DNA of 18,364 bases from Planctomycetota bacterium (GCA_947501605.1 CANMWZ010000052.1:1-18364); one strand, 5' to 3'. Shown: positions 1-8,569, numbered from the stretch's first letter. A program made the numbers and translations. The notes: generated by a model not told the origin, from the sequence alone.

Positions 1-2
1 AG

Positions 3-359
3 TTCTCGCACCACGAGAACGACGAGAAGAAGCAGGAGCCGTATCGCCGCATCAATCGCTGGCACGTGGCGCAGTTCGCGAGCTTGCTCGAACGGCTTTC
101 GGCGCAGCGGGAGGGGGAGGGGACGACCCTCGATGCCTCGATGCTGGTGTTGGCGTCGGCGATGTCGGACGGCAATGCGCACGACCCGCACGATCTGCCC
201 GTCGTCGTGGCTGGCGGCTTCGGCGGCGCGATCCAGCAGGGGCGCCTCGTAGCGAGCCCGCGCGACACGCCGCTGTGTTCGCTCTGGCTGTCGATGCTGC
301 GGACGATGGGTGTCGAGGCGGCGCGGTTCGGCGATGCTGAGCGCGGCTTGTTGGATTGA
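3..359 (+). CDS. DUF1552 domain protein, C-terminal part (5' truncated by window)
   Basis: The frame is open from base 3: FSHHENDEKKQEPYRRINRWHVAQFASLLERL...TTLDASMLVLASAMSDGNAHDPHDLPVVVAGG...PLCSLWLSMLRTMGV..RFGD. This matches my recollection of the DUF1552 C-terminus (SHH, SDGN.H, LP....GG, FGD motifs). Confidence 0.85.
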   Translation, partial: FSHHENDEKKQEPYRRINRWHVAQFASLLERLSAQREGEGTTLDASMLVLASAMSDGNAHDPHDLPVVVAGGFGGAIQQGRLVASPRDTPLCSLWLSMLRTMGVEAARFGDAERGLLD

Positions 360-522
360 CAGGAAGCGCAGTATAGTCTTTTTGGCAAGCGACTTAGGTC
401 GTTCGATCGTCGGGATTGCGGCCGCCACCCGCAGCGCAATTCCCGGTGCCGAAAGGGCGGTCGCGCCGCCATCGCGCCATCGCCGTTGAGTCGCACCCCT
501 TCGGCCGCTCCACTTCGCCGCC

Positions 523-846
523 ATGCAACTCGATACCGCCGCCAAGTTGAGGCTCCTGGAGTTCGTCTGCTCCTTCGCCTGGACCGACCTCAAGGTCCAG
601 CAAGCAGAACGCGACCTCATCATGCGCGTCGTCGGGCGGATGGGGCTCGGCGACAAGGAGGCCAACATGGTGAAGGGCTGGCTCGCATCGCCACCGCCGG
701 CCGAGGATGTCGACCCGACGGCGATCCCAAAGGCGCACCGGCAGGCCTTCTTCGACGCCGCGATCGCGGTGGCGCGGGCCGACGGGCGCATCGTGCCGGC
801 CGAGCGCGATCAGCTCGTTCTGTTCCGCGACCTGCTGCAGGACTGA
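523..846 (+). CDS. TerB-family (tellurite resistance TerB-like) protein, 107 aa
   Basis: FAWTDLKVQQAERDLI and AIAVARADGRIVPAERDQL are the two A(D)G...E helical motifs typical of TerB-like domains; codon usage looks host-like. Confidence 0.8.
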   Translation: MQLDTAAKLRLLEFVCSFAWTDLKVQQAERDLIMRVVGRMGLGDKEANMVKGWLASPPPAEDVDPTAIPKAHRQAFFDAAIAVARADGRIVPAERDQLVLFRDLLQD

Positions 847-889
847 CGCGCGGCGATGGGGGCAGCTTCGTTCGGCGGCTGGATATCGT

Positions 890-1139
890 GCGGGGTAGGA
901 CTTCCAAAGGGGCTCCCGGACAACCCGGAAGGCAAGCAGTGTGGCAGCCTTTGCTGTCCCGGCGGCGAAGTGGGCACGCTCGATGGTCGGCGCCAGGCAC
1001 ATTCGATGTGAGACTCCTCAGTTGGTCGCGGTGCGAACGCAGGACTGCCGGCCGACCTGCCGAGGCTGCAGTTCGGGGTTGCTGGGCGCCTGCGCGAACC
1101 GGTCGGCGAACCCGCGATCACCAGGGGCGTCGTGTCTGC
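890..1139. repeat. ~250-bp direct repeat, copy A (copy B at 3827-4076; partial copy C at 6095-6202)
   Basis: Ungapped alignment at offset 2937, with about 11 mismatches counted by eye. The transposase stop codons fall at 1118 and 4055. Confidence 0.95.
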
Positions 1140-1240
1140 GGCGGCGGCTTTGCGTGTGCAACCGACGGCGGTTCGATGAGGAGGCCGAGGTGCCTGAGGA
1201 TTGCGCGAATGCTCTCTGGGTCGTGGATCGAGGCGAGCAG
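890..1240 (-). mobile_element. IS91/ISCR-family remnant 1: transposase C-terminal tail plus ~230-bp 3' region ending in an oriIS-like sequence
   Basis: Minus strand 1240-1118 encodes LLASIHDPESIRAILRHLGLLIEPPSVAHAKPPPQTRRPW*, a typical IS91/ISCR transposase C-terminus. The downstream region ends in CCTTTGGAAGTCCTACCCCGC, resembling the TTT.AA.TTCCTATACC-type oriIS. It is repeated at 3827. Confidence 0.8.
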
Positions 1241-1319
1241 AGTTTTCGGACAGGATGGGCCAGACACCGAGGAGAAGACCATAGACGTATGGGAGAGGGG
1301 GGGGGTACCGTTCTGAATC

Positions 1320-1748
1320 ATGGTGAGGATGCTCCTTGTGGTGTTCTTGGTGTTGCTGGCTACAGCTGCTGTGGAGGATGAGCGAGGCAGCGTTGGGCTT
1401 TGCCTGCTCGAGGTGCGAGATGGGCCGTTCCAGATGCGCTGCACAGGTACCTGCGGTGTCACCGGGGATTGCCCGAACGTTCCGTACCAAGACACCACGA
1501 CATGGGCTCCGACCGTGCTCAATTTCTGCAACTGCGAAGGAGGAGAGACCATCTGGTGCAGTGGCGGGGTTCCTAGTGCCGTCCCGTGTCAGACCTTCGT
1601 AGCGGACTACGGCAACGGAATCCTTATCGCGGCATGCATGGACTGCGGTTGCGGAGCTGCGTTCCCCGAGCCGCCCGGAAGTGGAGCTTGCAAGCGAAGG
1701 ACGGAGCCGAGCGAGGAGTGGCACACGATGTGTGACTGCCCGCAGTGA
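1320..1748 (+). CDS. Secreted cysteine-rich (14 Cys) hypothetical protein, 142 aa
   Basis: Signal-peptide-like N-terminus (MVRMLLVVFLVLLATAA), then two modules each ending in CxC (FCNC, MCDC). First gene of a co-oriented three-gene cassette. Confidence 0.75.
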   Translation: MVRMLLVVFLVLLATAAVEDERGSVGLCLLEVRDGPFQMRCTGTCGVTGDCPNVPYQDTTTWAPTVLNFCNCEGGETIWCSGGVPSAVPCQTFVADYGNGILIAACMDCGCGAAFPEPPGSGACKRRTEPSEEWHTMCDCPQ

Positions 1749-1788
1749 GGGTCTCAGAGATTTGCACGTTTCCCTCGGAGATGGATCG

Positions 1789-3393
1789 GTGAACAGACTC
1801 GTCGCATCGTCCCTGATCGTCCTAATGAGTCTCATTTGGCTCGTGTTCCTGATCGGACGGTCGGATGCGGTAGCCGTGGGTGCGGCGAATTCGCACGAGG
1901 TCGGGGATCCCCTTGCTCGTTCCGGGCCAGAAGCGGTTGGCGCCAATCCGCAAACAGTGCGGCAGCAAGTCGCGTCGCCCGGCGTGCAGATCGAAGTGCA
2001 GGACTCTTCGTCGCGGGCCATCTCCGGCGTAGAGGTCTATGTCGGAGGCGTGGGTCGCAGGTGGATGGATGTGGCTACGGTCCGGGCGCGAGCTAGGACC
2101 GGTGAGGATGGCAGGTGTTCGATCGAAGGTAGTGTAGTCACGCCCCCAAACTCGAGCCGCATGGTCCTGCAGAAAGCTGGCTATGTGACCGCTGTTATTG
2201 AGGCAACACAGCCCGGAGAGCAGTATCTGGTCAGGCTCGAATCTGCAGTCAGGGCAGAGTTGCGATTTGTGGACCAGGGTGGGAATGCAGTCGCTGGGAT
2301 CCGAGCATGGCTGTCGCAGTCCGCAATTCCCTCTAACTGCATCGGCATCGCCAGCGAGGTCATGTGCATTACCGGAGATGGCGGCGATCGCGCAGTCCAT
2401 GCCTCGATCTCGGATTCTCGTGGGGTGGCAGCGTTCGAGAGCCTTGAGCCAGGGGAGTACGTGCTCATGGTTGATCCAGGGATGTGGGCGATCACTCGCG
2501 GCAGTCCTCACCAGAAGCTGGAAATCACAAATGGTGGCGTGGTGCTCGACTTCACTCTGGCGTCTCCCTGGGCCTGCTTCGCCACGGTCACCGGGGATTC
2601 GATCCTGCGACACAAGGTCGTCTTGCCTAAGGGTGCCGCGCTCTCGAACTCGCTGACGGGTCAGAGCTTGGACTACTTGACACGAAGGCTTCGCTCCACA
2701 TATCCGGACTCTATTGTTGATCTATTCGTGCTCAACTCCGGGGCTAGTCCCGATGTCGAACTGGAGTTGATTGCTGGCAAGAAGGGGCGTTTGCGCGTTC
2801 CGCTGAAGCTGGTCCAAGTCGATTCGTTGCGTGATGCTGTTGCCGTCGACCTGTCTGGCTACCCAGACGTAGTCACATCCGCTCTCGTGCTTCCGCGCAT
2901 CGTTTGCCCAGATGGAACCGCGCTGGATGGTCTGCCCATGCTCCTACGTAGCAAGGACGGGGCGATTGCGATGACTACGACGAGCGGCAAGTCCCTGTTG
3001 CTGCCCCCAGGATCTTATGAGGTGCGCAGCTTTGAGCCAGTGCTGTTCAAGGTCGCTCCCGTGGGCACGAGCTTCGAAGTCAACTCGGCAACGCAGTCCT
3101 CGGGGCCCCTGCATGTGGATCTGAAAGCGACAATCCAATTGGTTGTGTTCGAGATCGAGATCGTTGGTTCGGGCGAGAACATCCCAGCGGAGTGCCGCGT
3201 TGTCATTGACAGCCAGTGCGGTGAGTCTGCCTTCGTACTTCGCAGCCAAGTGCGCCTCAAGACTGTCGTTCAACCAGGTCCGGTGAAGGTCAGCATTCAA
3301 GCGGTCGGTGTCCCAACACACGTGATCGAAAAGACCGTGGAGTCAAAAGCGGGGGGTGAGGTGGAGCGTTTGGTCGTAGATCTGGGGACGTAG
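1789..3393 (+). CDS. Membrane-anchored protein with carboxypeptidase-regulatory-like (prealbumin/beta-sandwich) repeats, ~534 aa
   Basis: Likely GTG start at 1789 with GGAG at 1777-1780. N-terminal TM segment (LIVLMSLIWLVFLI). Repeats IEVQDSSSRAISGVEV...TGEDGR...KAGY and RFVDQGGNAVAGIRA...SDSRGVAAFESLEPGEYVL; later LLLPPGSYEV and VQPGPVKVSI. Confidence 0.75.
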   Translation: MNRLVASSLIVLMSLIWLVFLIGRSDAVAVGAANSHEVGDPLARSGPEAVGANPQTVRQQVASPGVQIEVQDSSSRAISGVEVYVGGVGRRWMDVATVRARARTGEDGRCSIEGSVVTPPNSSRMVLQKAGYVTAVIEATQPGEQYLVRLESAVRAELRFVDQGGNAVAGIRAWLSQSAIPSNCIGIASEVMCITGDGGDRAVHASISDSRGVAAFESLEPGEYVLMVDPGMWAITRGSPHQKLEITNGGVVLDFTLASPWACFATVTGDSILRHKVVLPKGAALSNSLTGQSLDYLTRRLRSTYPDSIVDLFVLNSGASPDVELELIAGKKGRLRVPLKLVQVDSLRDAVAVDLSGYPDVVTSALVLPRIVCPDGTALDGLPMLLRSKDGAIAMTTTSGKSLLLPPGSYEVRSFEPVLFKVAPVGTSFEVNSATQSSGPLHVDLKATIQLVVFEIEIVGSGENIPAECRVVIDSQCGESAFVLRSQVRLKTVVQPGPVKVSIQAVGVPTHVIEKTVESKAGGEVERLVVDLGT

Positions 3394-3396
3394 ATC

Positions 3397-3795
3397 GTGG
3401 CGCTCCTTCTCCGTATCCTCGTCTGTGCCTGCCTGATGCTCTCGGGAGTTACCAAGTTGTTTGGCGGGGTGACCAGCGATGCTCTGCTGTCTCCGCTTGC
3501 TTCTTCTGCTCTTGCCTGTGCAGAGTGCTTGGTCGCGGTGTGCATCGCTATTGGCGCCTTCACGCGTCCGTGCGCTTGGTTTGCGGTGGCGCTCGCTCTC
3601 GGTGGTGTCGTGCTTGCACTGTTCTTCCCACGTGTGAAGTGTGGCTGCTTCGGGCCAGTGCTCCTCGATCCGAGGCACCGGCTGGCATTGGCGGCGACTC
3701 TCGGCGTGTGTGCTGTGCTGCTGCTCGAGTCCGATAGGGATCGCGTCAAGCTGCATCGAGACTCGTCCCACGGTCGTAAGGGTGAGTCGGCCTGA
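3397..3795 (+). CDS. MauE/DoxX family redox-associated membrane protein
   Basis: About four hydrophobic segments, SGVTKL near the N-terminus, a conserved-type Glu (CAECLVA) and the CGCFG motif characteristic of MauE-like proteins. It starts 3 nt after the upstream stop. Confidence 0.8.
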   Translation: MALLLRILVCACLMLSGVTKLFGGVTSDALLSPLASSALACAECLVAVCIAIGAFTRPCAWFAVALALGGVVLALFFPRVKCGCFGPVLLDPRHRLALAATLGVCAVLLLESDRDRVKLHRDSSHGRKGESA

Positions 3796-3826
3796 ACCGG
3801 AATCGTTACATTGAATGCCCGCGAGG

Positions 3827-4402
3827 GCGGGGTAGGACTTCCAAAGGGGCTCCCGGACAACCCGGAAGGCAAGCAGTATGCGAGCCGTGGCTGTCCCGGC
3901 GGCGAAGTGGGCACGCTCGATGGTCGGCGCGAGGCTCATTCGAGGTGAGACTCCTCAGTTGGTCGCGGTGCGAACGCAGGACTGCCGGCCGACCTGCCGA
4001 GGCTGCAGTTCGGGGTTGCTGGGCGCCTGCGCGAACCGGTCGGCGAACCTGCGATCACCAGGGGAGTCGTGCCTGCTGCGGCCCTGGCAGTGGGGGCAGG
4101 TCCGCACCTCGATGAGGTAGGCGCGGCAGCGACAGCACCCATTGGCGCACCGGCACGTGGGGCAACACCGAGTCGACGAGATGCGCCGCGAGATCGTTCC
4201 TGCGACGACTGCCGCACGACGGGCACATGCCGCGACGCTTGCACGAGAACGCGACCAACTCATCCTCACCGCATTGCGCGCAGTGCACGCGGCAGAAACC
4301 GTGCGCGAGGATGCCGCAGCGCAGGTGGTCGTTGAGTTCGCGGCGGACGAAGCCGGACAGCGAACGTTCGCCGCCGTCGACCTCGAGGCGTGCGAGGTAG
4401 AT
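3827..4402 (-). mobile_element. IS91/ISCR-family remnant 2: oriIS-like end plus internally deleted transposase
   Basis: Second copy of the 250-bp end (3827-4076), directly followed by transposase fragments on the minus strand. Confidence 0.85.
4055..4402 (-). pseudogene. IS91-family transposase pseudogene (Zn-binding N-domain spliced to C-terminal pieces; catalytic core deleted)
   Basis: FVRRELNDHLRCGILAHGFCRVHCAQCGEDELVAFSCKRRGMCPSCGSRR...VLPHVPVRQWVLSLP (transposase zinc-binding domain), then RAYLIEVRTCPHCQGR in another frame, then QQARLPW*. Confidence 0.9.
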
Positions 4403-4615
4403 CTCGGCAGCGGCAACATCCTGATGAGACCTGACGACCAGTATCTGTGCATCGTCACCGACAGCCGTAGCCAGCTCGATGGCGAGCCGATCTTCCTGCC
4501 GTCCGAGGGCGACCGCACGCTGTCGTTGATCCTGTCGAAGGCGATGGTGCTGGCTGCAGATCGTGAGATCACGGATCCGACGATCACGCGGCAGATCCGG
4601 CGGCGCGGCGGCTGA
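4403..4615 (+). pseudogene. 3' fragment of a DUF4132-associated (DUF7737-like) gene
   Basis: LGSGNILMRPDDQYLCIVTD...IFLPSEGDRTLSLILSKAMVLAADREITDPTITRQI* matches my recollection of the C-terminal domain of DUF4132 proteins. The 5' part is replaced by transposase sequence on the opposite strand. Confidence 0.7.
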
Positions 4616-4682
4616 GCTGAGTGCGAGGGCGGCGGGTGTTTCCAAGAGGCCGAGTCGCCGACGAGAACAGCCGAGCGCGAAA

Positions 4683-4994
4683 TCAGAGATCCGCGAAGCC
4701 CGGGTCGCAGAGCGGCGATCGCGACCAATCGACGGCCTCGCCAAGGCTCTTCAACGCGGCAAGCCAGAACCAAGGCCGTCCGGTCGGCACGCTATAGAGG
4801 ATGGCGTGCGCGCGGTGGCGAAGGTCTGCTGCCACGGCTGCGTCGCCGCCACTCATCAAGCAGTAGAGGGCGCGCCAATCCTCGGTGGAGCCGCGGTCGA
4901 GGATCTGGGCGAGGATCTCGTCACTGCGGAGATCGAGATGCGAACGGTTCCACAGCGCACGCGAACGGGCCAGCACCTGCATGGGGTCGTTCAT
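4683..4994 (-). CDS. Small hypothetical protein, putative antitoxin partner (DUF6922-like), 103 aa
   Basis: ATG at 4994 with strong GGAGGGAGG upstream, 5 nt after the nucleotidyltransferase stop. The sequence ALWNRSHLDL...ILAQILDRGSTEDWRAL resembles the W.....LD...I..VL.RG...DW pattern of small proteins found beside AbiEii toxins. Confidence 0.7.
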   Translation of the reverse strand: MNDPMQVLARSRALWNRSHLDLRSDEILAQILDRGSTEDWRALYCLMSGGDAAVAADLRHRAHAILYSVPTGRPWFWLAALKSLGEAVDWSRSPLCDPGFADL

Positions 4995-4999
4995 GACGC

Positions 5000-5689
5000 C
5001 TAGCCTCCCTCCGACAACTGCAACCAGATCGCCGCGATCACCGGCCCCAGCGCGCGACCTCGCCGCCGCAGTTCTTCGAGATCGCGCCACGGCGCGAGCA
5101 CCTGCCGGTAGCTCGTCAGGTCGACGCGATCCAGATCCTGCGGTGCGGCCGTGCCCAGCTTCTCGATCAACTCCTCGACCACCGAACCACCGCCCGGCCC
5201 ACGTTCGTAGCAGGCAGTGAAGGAACGCACGAACTCGGGCATGGATGACGCGGCCAGGTGCTCCAGCAGAGCCACCGTGTCGAGGTAATCGCGCACCGTG
5301 TTGCGGCTGATCAGCATCCAGGCCTTGATCCGGGCCGTCTCGATCAGGCTCGGGGTCCGAAGCCCATCGATGGCGACCGTTTCGAGCGGGCGCTTGCGAC
5401 GCAGTTGGCGAACGCCGGTCGGGATGCCATCCATGGCACCAAGGATCAGCACGGGGGGCTGGATGCGGGCGGTGGTCCAACCCGGGGTAGCTTCGAGTTT
5501 CTGCAGGGTCTCGTCGAAGTGTGCCTGCAGGTCGGTGAGCACGTGGTCGCCATCGAGGCTGGTGCGATGGTGCAGATGCAGGGCCGCAGCAGTACCACCG
5601 ACGAGTACGGCATCGGGCAGCACGGCCTGCAGACGGCGCTGCGCAGCGAGAAGGTGCTGCCAGTCCTTGGTGTGCTCGCCGTTGGTCAT
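5000..5689 (-). CDS. AbiEii/AbiGii-like nucleotidyltransferase toxin, 229 aa
   Basis: VLVGGTAAALHLHHRTSLDGDH (GG.A...HR.S.D.D NTase motif) and IKAWMLISRNTVRDYLD (K......R...RD..D motif). Start chosen at ATG 5689. Confidence 0.85.
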   Translation of the reverse strand: MTNGEHTKDWQHLLAAQRRLQAVLPDAVLVGGTAAALHLHHRTSLDGDHVLTDLQAHFDETLQKLEATPGWTTARIQPPVLILGAMDGIPTGVRQLRRKRPLETVAIDGLRTPSLIETARIKAWMLISRNTVRDYLDTVALLEHLAASSMPEFVRSFTACYERGPGGGSVVEELIEKLGTAAPQDLDRVDLTSYRQVLAPWRDLEELRRRGRALGPVIAAIWLQLSEGG

Positions 5690-5989
5690 TGCGATCGTGG
5701 GAACGTGCGAGGGAGTATCGGCAGCAAGGGGAACGTCGGCAAGGCGACTTGGCTCGTTCCGCGGACGCAGCACAAGGGGCAGTGCATCACCGCACCGTGA
5801 AACTCGTCGCGCTCGCGGCGAACGTCTGCACGCCGCCCTGCTGCGGGTCGAGTTCCACCGACCTCACCGGCTCGTGTCTTCACCCGGAACTGCACGGGCA
5901 GACAAGGTCGCGCCGCCGGCCGATGTCGCCGCGTGCGTCGCCATGCTGAAGGACGGCCCGGCGCCGGCGCGCGATGCGGCGACCTTGGC

Positions 5990-6100
5990 GGCCCGCTCTG
6001 CAGTGACCTCGATGGATTCTCGCTCCAGGCCGCAGTCCGCATTCCTGCTGACTGCCGCGAGCGGCTCGAGGAGCTTTGCCGCTACGCCGCGCGGCCTGCC
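5990..6100 (+). pseudogene. IS91-family transposase internal fragment, inverted relative to the other remnants
   Basis: GPLCSDLDGFSLQAAVRIPADCRERLEELCRYAARPA corresponds to the GFSLHA...R..LE.LCRY..RP segment carrying the catalytic Tyr of ISCR/IS91 transposases. Confidence 0.8.
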
Positions 6101-6202
6101 GAGGCTGCAGTTCGGAGTTGCTGGGCGCCTGCGCGAACCGGTCGGCGAACCCTCGAGCACCAGGGGAATCGTGCCTGCAGCGGCGGTCTTGCGGGGGCGA
6201 CG
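6095..6202 (-). repeat. Partial third copy of the IS91 3' region (transposase tail VAPARPPLQARFPW, stop mutated to TGC; oriIS missing)
   Basis: Aligns ungapped to about 1056-1163 at offset 5039. Confidence 0.85.
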
Positions 6203-6436
6203 GTTCTCTTGTGGAGCGTGGGGGACCGACGGCTTGCTCTGGCGGCGCAGTGGGTCGTTGTCGAGCGGTTGGTCCGGTGGCGCGTCGGCGTGGGACGAAC
6301 CCGAAGTCTGCGGGCGGTGGTGTTCGTGGTGGCCATCGTGATCGCAGCCCCTGCCGCGGCGTTCGCCGAGTGCGGTCCGGCCGGCCATTGCAGCGGCGCG
6401 GAAGTGGAGCAGCAGGGATGGTTCGTCGTCCGCTGA

Positions 6437-6658
6437 CTCATCCTCACCGCATTACGCGCAGTGCACGCGGCAGAAACTGTGCGCGAGCATGCCGCAGCGC
6501 AGGTGGTCGTTGAGTTCGCGGCGGACGAAGCCGGGTAGCAAACGATCGCCGACGTCGACCCCGACGCGTGCGAGGAAGGTGTCCAGGTGCTCGGCGACGA
6601 TATGGAAGAGCACGCCCTGCTCCGGCCGTCGCCGCTCTCGGCGCGGTGCGATCCCCAC
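6437..6658 (-). pseudogene. IS91-family transposase N-terminal fragment with premature stop
   Basis: RRRPEQGVLFHIVAEHLDTFLAR...LPGFVRRELNDHLRCGMLAHSFCRVHCA*CGEDE. TAA at 6452-6454 replaces the CAA seen in the 4259-4356 copy. Confidence 0.88.
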
Positions 6659-6958
6659 GCAGGTTCAGTACCTGGTGGGCGTCGTCGGTAACGCGGAGTT
6701 GCGGAAGAGCAGGATCGCAGGTCGGCTCCGCAGGCTGCACCTTGGCCCGACAGTCCCGGCCGAGCGTTGACGCCGCCGCACGGTAGCGCGCCCCTTCTTC
6801 CAGCAGCCGACCCGATGGTCGTCGACCATGCCGATCGCCTTGGAAGGCGATCAACTGGCGGTGTCCTGCGACCTGCTGGAGAGCTGAGTTCGGGTTCTGG
6901 CGCCGCTGCGGCAGGCGCGTCGCTTCCGCATAGGCCACTGGCTATCGTGCTGCCCCCG

Positions 6959-8565
<1,607 letters not shown>

Positions 8566-8569
<4 letters not shown>

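Noticed and set aside
356..377. TTGACA...TATAGT as a sigma70 promoter
   Set aside because: The spacer is only 10 nt, far from the 16-18 nt required.
1297..1305. G9 tract upstream of the Cys-rich gene as a phase-variation frameshift switch
   Set aside because: It lies outside the CDS. Slippage from ATG 1289 into the gene's frame meets TGA at 1314, so no fusion is possible. An effect on expression cannot be judged.
1320..1748. Methylamine dehydrogenase small subunit (MauA) assignment
   Set aside because: No Tat signal or recognisable MauA motifs, and no mauB/mauD/mauG in the window.
1681..1788. ORF-track N-terminal extension of the 570-aa ORF
   Set aside because: It overlaps the Cys-rich gene. 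GTG 1789 has an RBS and puts the TM segment at the N-terminus.
4055..4744. 229-aa minus-strand ORF as an intact transposase
   Set aside because: It is a chimera of antisense DUF4132-like sequence and transposase fragments, with no HUH/Tyr catalytic core.
5690..5989. Possible additional gene or transposase fragment
   Set aside because: None of the frames I examined gave a motif I could support.
6660..6770. Possible 3' fragment of another captured gene ([28 protein letters not shown])
   Set aside because: It looks protein-like, but is too short and I cannot assign a family without a search.
6767..6958. ORF-track N-terminal extension of the carboxyltransferase
   Set aside because: Low-complexity and not family-like. 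ATG 6959 gives the expected ~535-aa length.
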